A DNA stretch of 32,000 nucleotides from Ruminococcus albus 7 = DSM 20455. GTDB taxonomy: Bacteria; Bacillota; Clostridia; Oscillospirales; Ruminococcaceae. Within the stretch, counting starts at the first letter, position 1. Each line of letters begins with the position of its first letter. Positions 26,378 through 32,000 of the stretch are shown here, piece by piece. Made by a program: the position numbers and the translations under genes. The stretch is from contig NC_014833.1 in NCBI RefSeq assembly GCF_000179635.2, forward strand, positions 1,950,001 through 1,982,000. Reading direction: 5' to 3'. Under the pieces are notes generated by a model that was not told the origin of the DNA, ran no database searches, and saw only the letters and a list, made by a program, of their open reading frames with translations.

Positions 26378-27250
26378 ATGAATAATTACGGAACGATAGC
26401 AAAAGTCGGTAATACTGAAATAAATGTATACTCTGAAGGGAATGGAGATATTACGATCATATTTATGGCTGGATCCGGTGTAGGATGTCCGGGACTGGAG
26501 TATAAGCCGATATATCGGAGAATGTCCGACAAATATCGTATAGCAGTTATTGAAAAAGCAGGCTATGGTTTAAGCGGTAAAGCAGTAACTGAAAGAACAG
26601 TCGAAAATCTTGTTGAGGAAAGTCGGGCTGCATTAAAGGAATTGAATATTGAACCTCCCTACATTCTTGCGCCCCATTCATATTCCGGATTTGAAGCTAT
26701 ATGGTGGGCAAATACATATCCTGATGAAGTGAAAGCAGTTCTTAGCATAGATATGGGCTTACCGAATATGATGAAGGCGATGTCTGAGAAGATCCCTATT
26801 GAAAAGAAAAAAGCTATGGTGGCAAAAACACGTAAGTTTATGCAGACGATAGCCAAACGTGGTCTCCTTGATAAAATTCTCAGGAACAGAACAGTAAATG
26901 CTTCAGGTCTTCTGACGGGCAGTGAATTATCAGATGATGAGAAAAAGATATATGAAGAAGTCTATTATAAGAATATAGCAAGTGAGGCAGTTTTTGAAGA
27001 GTCTGTACTTGCCGAAGAAAATGCAAAAAAATCCGATAGTACCGGATATTTGAAATGTCCTTCATGTTTCATTGTCAGCAATATGAAATCAGTAGTTAAA
27101 ACACTTTCGTGGCAGCAGGCTGCTAAAGATTATGCAGAACATTGTAATGCAGAGATTCATATATTAGATGAAAACCACATGATGTATGCCGTGATACCTG
27201 ATAAGATGACAAGTATTTTCAAATCCTTTTTAGAAAAAAACAACTTGTAA
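26378..27250 (+). CDS. Alpha/beta-fold hydrolase
   Basis: IIFMAGSG oxyanion region, nucleophile-elbow-like APHSYSG, and a C-terminal ENHMMY candidate catalytic His. GAGGTG RBS. Confidence 0.75.
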   Translation: MNNYGTIAKVGNTEINVYSEGNGDITIIFMAGSGVGCPGLEYKPIYRRMSDKYRIAVIEKAGYGLSGKAVTERTVENLVEESRAALKELNIEPPYILAPHSYSGFEAIWWANTYPDEVKAVLSIDMGLPNMMKAMSEKIPIEKKKAMVAKTRKFMQTIAKRGLLDKILRNRTVNASGLLTGSELSDDEKKIYEEVYYKNIASEAVFEESVLAEENAKKSDSTGYLKCPSCFIVSNMKSVVKTLSWQQAAKDYAEHCNAEIHILDENHMMYAVIPDKMTSIFKSFLEKNNL

Positions 27251-27314
27251 GCTTTCATATTTCTATTGATCATTTTATCGAGTATGAATTGAATAATCAA
27301 ACGGATGGTAAGCT

Positions 27315-27917
27315 ATGACAGAGAATATGAAATGGCTAAAAGCGCCGGAAAAATATAGTATTAACGATGAACGCATCGAGATCATCACAGAGCCCCATAC
27401 CGACTTATGGCAGCGTACGTATTATCATTTCAGGAATGATAATGCCCCTGTACTGCAAATGGAAACGGACGATAAATACTTTTCTTTCATAGTCAAAACT
27501 GATTTTACAGACAGTCATCACAGATTTGATCAGTGCGGGATCGTGATGTATCTTGATGAGGATAACTGGCTGAAGGCCTCCGTGGAATACGAAAATGACA
27601 AGTTTCAGCATTTAGGTTCAGTAGTGACCAATCATGGCTATTCAGATTGGGCAACAACAGCTATACCTGCTGATGTAAAGACTATGTGGTATCGTTTCAG
27701 CAGACGCGAGGATGATTACTGCATCGAATGCAGCTATGACGGAATAACTTTTACACAGATGCGTGTATGTCATATTTGGGAGGAAAATGGAAGGATACGT
27801 TTCGGTGTATACGCCTGCAGCCCCGAAGAATCAAGCTTTAAGGCGATATTTACTGATATGAAGATAACTGAATGCACCTGGAAGGCACATGATGGGCAGC
27901 AGCCTGACAATGAATAA
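27315..27917 (+). CDS. DUF1349 (concanavalin-like, Ree1-type) protein
   Basis: The N-terminus WLKAPEKYSINDERIEIITEPHTDLWQRTYYHFRNDNAP matches the DUF1349 pattern as I remember it. About 200 aa. Confidence 0.75.
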   Translation: MTENMKWLKAPEKYSINDERIEIITEPHTDLWQRTYYHFRNDNAPVLQMETDDKYFSFIVKTDFTDSHHRFDQCGIVMYLDEDNWLKASVEYENDKFQHLGSVVTNHGYSDWATTAIPADVKTMWYRFSRREDDYCIECSYDGITFTQMRVCHIWEENGRIRFGVYACSPEESSFKAIFTDMKITECTWKAHDGQQPDNE

Positions 27918-27931
27918 TGGAGGTATCTATT

Positions 27932-28426
27932 ATGAATGAGATATATACAAGAGTAAGTATAAGAAAATTTGAGGACAGATCTGTTGAAACAGAGAAGATC
28001 ACTCAACTTATCAGAGCAGCAATGCAGGCGCCTTCCGCCGGAAATCAGCAGCCTTGGGAATTCTATGTTGTGACTGATAGGGATAAGATCAGGGCTCTTT
28101 CCAAGATAAGTCCTTATGCAGCCTGTGCCGAAAATGCACCTGTTGTGATCGTGCCTTGTTATAGAACTGATGGCCTGCGATGGAATGAAACAGTACTTCT
28201 TGATCTTTCATGTGCTACAGAGAACCTTCTTTTGGAAATAGCTTCTCTCGGCCTTGGAGGAGTATGGCTCTGTGCTGCTCCGTTGGAGGACAGGATGACA
28301 AAGGCAGAAGCTGCCATCGGCAATCCGGAAGGACTGCGTGCTTTTGCTGTTATCCCTGTCGGTTATCCCGCCGAGATAAGAGTTCAGCAGGACAGGTTCG
28401 ATGAGAGCAGGATACACTTTATCTGA
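27932..28426 (+). CDS. Nitroreductase-family protein (second paralogue in the window)
   Basis: R.SIRKF...APSAGNQQPWEF motif. The ATG at 27932 is preceded by GGAGG at 8 nt. The ATG at 27917 would overlap the upstream stop and contains that RBS. Confidence 0.85.
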   Translation: MNEIYTRVSIRKFEDRSVETEKITQLIRAAMQAPSAGNQQPWEFYVVTDRDKIRALSKISPYAACAENAPVVIVPCYRTDGLRWNETVLLDLSCATENLLLEIASLGLGGVWLCAAPLEDRMTKAEAAIGNPEGLRAFAVIPVGYPAEIRVQQDRFDESRIHFI

Positions 28427-28483
28427 TAGATTTGAAAAACTATTATCTTATTTCTCTGCAGCCTGTTATCACATGGATATAAT

Positions 28484-28516
28484 AACGCCCTCTCTTTTGC
28501 TTTTAGAGAGGGCGTT
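28484..28516. terminator. Stem-loop terminator between convergent genes
   Basis: Stem AACGCCCTCTCT/AGAGAGGGCGTT (12 bp) with a 9-nt T-rich loop, followed by TATATTGTCTT. Confidence 0.7.
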
Positions 28517-28562
28517 TATATTGTCTTGATCAGCAAATATACCGAAAATTTAAGGCCAGTGT

Positions 28563-29519
28563 TCATTTATCATTACAATACTTTGTAATATCGATCGCCT
28601 TGTCACATATTTCCAAAGCAGCAGGACGGTGTGTTACGATAATGACTGTCTTATCTGTCATACTCCTGAGATTTTGAAGCAGTCTTTTCTCAGTAGCGGG
28701 ATCAAGTGCTGATGTCGCTTCATCAAGGAGCAGTACAGGGCTGTCGCTGAATATGGCTCTTGCTATAGCTATCCTCTGCATCTGTCCCTCAGATAGACCG
28801 GTGCCGCGCTCTCCTAGAAGGGTATCAATGCCGTATTCAAGTTCTGTTATGAAATCATCAGCGCAAGCGATCTGTAATGATCTGTTGATACGTTCATCAT
28901 TCTGCATATCTGACTTATCGGCAAATGCTACAACTTCACGTATTGAACCTGACATAAGCTGGTTGCCTTGAGGAACGTAAGCAAATAGTCTGTGCCATTC
29001 AGCGGACAGAGGTTTTGTTCCGTTATTATCGTTCATATAACGTTCTCCACTGTCGAGTTGGTATATGCTCATCAGCAGTTTCAGAATAGTTGATTTTCCA
29101 CAGCCGCTATGACCTGTGAACGCGATGAATTCTCCCTTGATGATGTCTATGCTGAAATCATTAAGCACAACGGGCTGGTCATCTTTAGATAATTCCGTGA
29201 TACTTTTGACAGCAGGAAAATATGTGAAGCCTGCATTCTTTAATCCGAATGATCTCAGCTCCTCAGAATAATACTTCCTGACAGTATTGATATCCAGTGG
29301 CTGCTTTTCACAGTCGCTGATAAAGTTTTCTATCTCCATGAGTCGCTCGGCACTGGCGGTCATAGCATAAAATCTCGGCAGATATCCAGTAATGTTGGCA
29401 AACGGTGCCTGTATCTGAGAGATAAGCTGAGTTACGGCGGTAAGAGTACCGTAGGATATTGTACCAAGAAGTATACCGTATCCGCAGTAGCAAACACCAA
29501 ACAGATACATTCCGTTCAT
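28563..29519 (-). CDS. ABC exporter, C-terminal fragment (last TM helices plus the nucleotide-binding domain)
   Basis: Walker A GHSGCGKST, signature LSEGQMQRIAIARA, Walker B LLLDEATSALD, H-loop VTHR. Its frame stays open for 24 codons upstream of the listed Met. Confidence 0.75.
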   Translation of the reverse strand: MNGMYLFGVCYCGYGILLGTISYGTLTAVTQLISQIQAPFANITGYLPRFYAMTASAERLMEIENFISDCEKQPLDINTVRKYYSEELRSFGLKNAGFTYFPAVKSITELSKDDQPVVLNDFSIDIIKGEFIAFTGHSGCGKSTILKLLMSIYQLDSGERYMNDNNGTKPLSAEWHRLFAYVPQGNQLMSGSIREVVAFADKSDMQNDERINRSLQIACADDFITELEYGIDTLLGERGTGLSEGQMQRIAIARAIFSDSPVLLLDEATSALDPATEKRLLQNLRSMTDKTVIIVTHRPAALEICDKAIDITKYCNDK

Positions 29520-29547
29520 TGCCAGACCAAAGCCGATATTGCAAAAA

Positions 29548-30294
29548 TTAGAAAAACGATTTTTTTTGCATTCTTGCTTTCTTGTGTTCTTTCATACGTT
29601 CTGTTGCTTCATCTTCTGTCTGCTGTTCGGCGGCAAATGAACGTATTATCATCATGCTGCCGATATGCTCCTGCAGGAATATACGCAGTTTGCCGTCACG
29701 TTCCTGCACTTGTTTATGGAGCTTTTTCAGTAACTTGCGGAATGCATAGGTCATAAGTAACATTAGTGCCCCGCACGGCAGAAGAATGCACGCAAACCTA
29801 CGGTCAAGTACTATCATCATTATCACAGCGCTTATCATTTTGACAGCCATACCTACCAGACCTGGTAGTATCTCAGTGTAGCTGTTGGATACAACTACTG
29901 TGTCATTTGTCAGTCTGTTGAGCCATTCACCCGAATGTACTGCACTCACACTGGCAAAGTCCTTTTGAAGGATATTATGCATAAGTCGTTTTTTGAATAT
30001 GTTTTCAAAAGTTGATCTGGTAAACTCATTCAGCCAGCGAATTATCGATCGCAACCCTATCTGAGTCAGCATAAGAATGACGGTAAGCAGTACATAGTAC
30101 CTGAATGCCCCTTTATTATGAGCCGTGGCACTGTCAACTATGTTTCGTAAAAACAATGCGTACAGAACTCCGCTTGCTCCAAGCATCGCCTGTACCAGCA
30201 TAAGTGCGAGAATATACAGCTTTTTATTTCCCGGTACAGAGTAAAGCCATTTTATCGCGTTATTAGTCATCTTTTCAGTTTTCTTTTCAGCCAT
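29548..30294 (-). CDS. ABC exporter, N-terminal transmembrane-domain fragment
   Basis: Carries the first four predicted TM helices of a type-I exporter. Ends ...ARMQKKSFF* right after the A8 run. An alternative ATG at 30270 gives an ATGA overlap with the upstream stop. Confidence 0.7.
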   Translation of the reverse strand: MAEKKTEKMTNNAIKWLYSVPGNKKLYILALMLVQAMLGASGVLYALFLRNIVDSATAHNKGAFRYYVLLTVILMLTQIGLRSIIRWLNEFTRSTFENIFKKRLMHNILQKDFASVSAVHSGEWLNRLTNDTVVVSNSYTEILPGLVGMAVKMISAVIMMIVLDRRFACILLPCGALMLLMTYAFRKLLKKLHKQVQERDGKLRIFLQEHIGSMMIIRSFAAEQQTEDEATERMKEHKKARMQKKSFF

Positions 30295-30701
30295 TTCGGT
30301 GTTCTCTTTGCTTTAAGGATAAAGGCGCGTACAGGGAAGAAATCACACCACAAATGTACATATATCCGATATCTGATATCTGTCATAGATATCTCTCTGC
30401 CGTTGCGTACTACTGCTGTCAGCACACCGATGATATTACGATCTGTTATCCCGTATTCTTTTGAGTATCGGTTATCTCCGCAGATCACATAGTCATCACT
30501 GCGTACTTTCAGTACCCTGTGAAGTACGTACTGTCCGCTGTCTCGCTTGTATAGCGGTACATCATACTTTTTCATCCTACCTTCTTTTTTCTCTATGATA
30601 AGTATATCCCTGTCCTGTCGTATCAGCGGTTTCATACTGTCGCCAACATTGGTATAGACAAGTCTTCCATCTCGATCTATCACATCTTCAAATTTAATCA
30701 T
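30267..30701 (-). CDS. Small S24/S26-family serine peptidase-like protein
   Basis: GDSMKP nucleophile motif near the N-terminus and a beta-rich core with VLHRVLKV. 144 aa with a hydrophobic C-terminal tail. ATGA overlap with the upstream gene. Confidence 0.7.
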   Translation of the reverse strand: MIKFEDVIDRDGRLVYTNVGDSMKPLIRQDRDILIIEKKEGRMKKYDVPLYKRDSGQYVLHRVLKVRSDDYVICGDNRYSKEYGITDRNIIGVLTAVVRNGREISMTDIRYRIYVHLWCDFFPVRAFILKAKRTPKWLKRKLKR

Positions 30702-31426
30702 TGCATACCCTCATAAGCTGTTTTAGCAGCTGATATATCCATGTTACAGCCAAGATTATACAGTCCGACCGAATCAGCAAGTTTGTCCACCAGATTTAGG
30801 GTCTTCATCATTTTAACAGCATCATCAGGTCGGTGGACCTGCTGCATGAGTATCGTATAAGCCTGTCCTGTGGTTACAGGTATTATATGGTTGTCAGCTG
30901 CTCTTGTCAGTATACAGATCGCTTTCAACGGAACTGAAATATTTTCTCCTAGTCGGTGTTTTCCGTTGTACGGTGTGCCAAACGCTGTCACACCTTTGTC
31001 AGAAATGTGAAGCAGAGGCTTATCGTCATTTACCATTACGGCACGATCGCCTAAATATTCTCTCCATAGCCTTGTATGAGTGGATTTACCAGTACCTGAC
31101 TTCGCTGTGAACAGGTATCCGACTCCGTCCACTGCAATAACAGAACCGTGAAAAAGTATAGTGTCATAGTTTATCAGTTCTTCCGCGATCTTGCGGTATA
31201 CAGCTAATTCTTCAAGATAACTGTCAGTGAAATGCCTAACGGGTAAACCCTCTATTTTGTCTTCTCTCTCAGACTTTTCCCGTTCAAAGTCAATATCTGA
31301 TCGTGTAGTTGTAATGGAATAGTCTGCAGGCTCGTCTGTCAGATAGTCTGCACAGTAATCGTGTACTTCTTTGTATATTGAATTTATCTCTGCAACTTTG
31401 TCTGCTATCTTATACCTATTTACCAT
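30698..31426 (-). CDS. HPr-kinase-C-domain-like P-loop protein (putative peptide/small-molecule kinase)
   Basis: HGSVIAVDGVGYLFTAKSGTGKSTHTRLW mirrors the HPrK/P motif G..v.v.G.GvLi.G.SG.GKS. 242 aa. Overlaps the upstream gene by 11 nt. Confidence 0.65.
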   Translation of the reverse strand: MVNRYKIADKVAEINSIYKEVHDYCADYLTDEPADYSITTTRSDIDFEREKSEREDKIEGLPVRHFTDSYLEELAVYRKIAEELINYDTILFHGSVIAVDGVGYLFTAKSGTGKSTHTRLWREYLGDRAVMVNDDKPLLHISDKGVTAFGTPYNGKHRLGENISVPLKAICILTRAADNHIIPVTTGQAYTILMQQVHRPDDAVKMMKTLNLVDKLADSVGLYNLGCNMDISAAKTAYEGMQ

Positions 31427-32000
31427 ACTTGTTCACAGCCTTTATGATATTTTTGAGATAGTTGCGTCGTATCACCAGGATCCTTCCCCAGCGGTATACG
31501 ATCCCGATAGGATAAAGAACAGGGCATTTGTTTACAAATTTTACCGAACGTTTCATATAATCGACATTCGGAAACATATTTCTTAGGATATAGCCCGACT
31601 TGGTCTGATCCTGCAGTGCCTTTTTCATAGTGTTATCAAAGTTTCCGTATGTGCCTGCTGTCAGGTAGTACATCAGCATTTTTTCTTCATTCTCGGATAA
31701 GTCGGGAAGGTTCTCGGATGAAAACACCTTATCGGCAAGTGTACGCCGTTCTTTTTCAAAATCTTCTATCTTAAGCTTTCTGCATTGTTCTGTTATGTAA
31801 TCAAAGTCAAGAGTATCACCCTTGCTTTTCAAGAAGACATAGCAATCCAGAAGCGAGCGTATACCCGTACCGCTGCTGTTATAGTGTTTCCATTCATGTG
31901 CAGTCATGTATACATAAAAATCTTCGTCAGAAAAATGATAACTGTACTCACATCCTTCATCTTTCAACAGCATACTCTTTGTGTCAGCGTAATAACTGTA
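31416..32000 (-). CDS. Nucleotidyltransferase-family protein (NTP_transf_5 / PF14907-like), C-terminal part; the 5' end lies beyond the window
   Basis: The frame stays open to position 32000 upstream of the listed Met (…YSYYADTKSMLLKDEG). The HEWKHYNSSGTGIRSLLDCYVF segment resembles the conserved H..KH....G.lr.l.D block of that family. This is a memory-based call. Confidence 0.6.
   Translation of the reverse strand, partial: YSYYADTKSMLLKDEGCEYSYHFSDEDFYVYMTAHEWKHYNSSGTGIRSLLDCYVFLKSKGDTLDFDYITEQCRKLKIEDFEKERRTLADKVFSSENLPDLSENEEKMLMYYLTAGTYGNFDNTMKKALQDQTKSGYILRNMFPNVDYMKRSVKFVNKCPVLYPIGIVYRWGRILVIRRNYLKNIIKAVNKYGK

Larger units (their letters stand above)
28563..30294 (-). pseudogene. ABC exporter (fused TMD-NBD half-transporter) interrupted by a frameshift in an A8/T8 run
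   Basis: The two ORF fragments are collinear parts of one ~575-aa exporter. Deleting one A from the run at 29560-29567 joins ...ARMQK to NRFSNFCNIGFGLAMNGMYLFG... in frame (hand-translated). Confidence 0.7.

Noticed and set aside
29557-29570. Programmed -1 ribosomal frameshift on the A-rich slippery run joining the ABC fragments
   Set aside because: Hand alignment of the frames shows the downstream frame is reached by +1 (or -2), not -1. No obvious stimulatory structure follows. A homopolymer indel is the simpler explanation.
1-32000. A mobile element, prophage or genomic-island boundary
   Set aside because: I recognised no integrase, transposase, recombinase, tRNA attachment site or terminal inverted repeats. 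Housekeeping genes (trp, mnmA, rnhA) are interspersed throughout.

Overview
This is a chromosomal segment from a low-GC Gram-positive organism, probably a Clostridia-type Firmicute. I infer that from GGAGG-type ribosome-binding sites, a T-box leader, lipoprotein lipoboxes and cell-wall-binding repeats. It is densely coding, with about 30 genes. I found no rRNA, tRNA, CRISPR array, transposase or integrase.

Gene order, left to right:
- **1-2708 (minus):** a MoxR AAA+ ATPase / DUF58 / membrane-protein operon.
- **2941-8239 (plus):** an operon encoding a double BcrAD/BadFG-type ATPase fused to an HgdA-like module, an HgdB-like subunit, a small membrane-anchored protein and a nitroreductase.
- **8390-10645 (plus):** a membrane-anchored protein made of about 30 cell-wall-binding repeats.
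- **10723-11363 (minus):** a MarR regulator translationally coupled to a 65-aa Cys-rich protein.
- **11730-16036 (minus):** an ECF-type sigma factor, a membrane anti-sigma-like protein, a lipoprotein and a vWA (YfbK-like) lipoprotein.
- **16333-19478 (plus):** rnhA, a NifS-type cysteine desulfurase, mnmA and a coupled 114-aa ORF.
- **19538-26190 (minus):** a tryptophan operon, trpE-trpGD-trpC-[AroQ chorismate-mutase-like]-trpB-trpA. It has no trpF and is driven by a consensus promoter plus a Trp (UGG) T-box riboswitch.
- **26378-28426 (plus):** an alpha/beta hydrolase, a DUF1349 protein and a second nitroreductase.
- **28563-32000 (minus):** a tightly overlapping cassette of a nucleotidyltransferase (NTP_transf_5-like, cut by the window edge), an HPr-kinase-like P-loop protein, a small S24/S26 peptidase and an ABC exporter interrupted by a frameshift in an A8 run.

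The last cassette is my best candidate for an undescribed system, a peptide modification and export (RiPP-like) module. Its upstream half lies outside the window. All family assignments come from reading motifs by eye; no database search was run.
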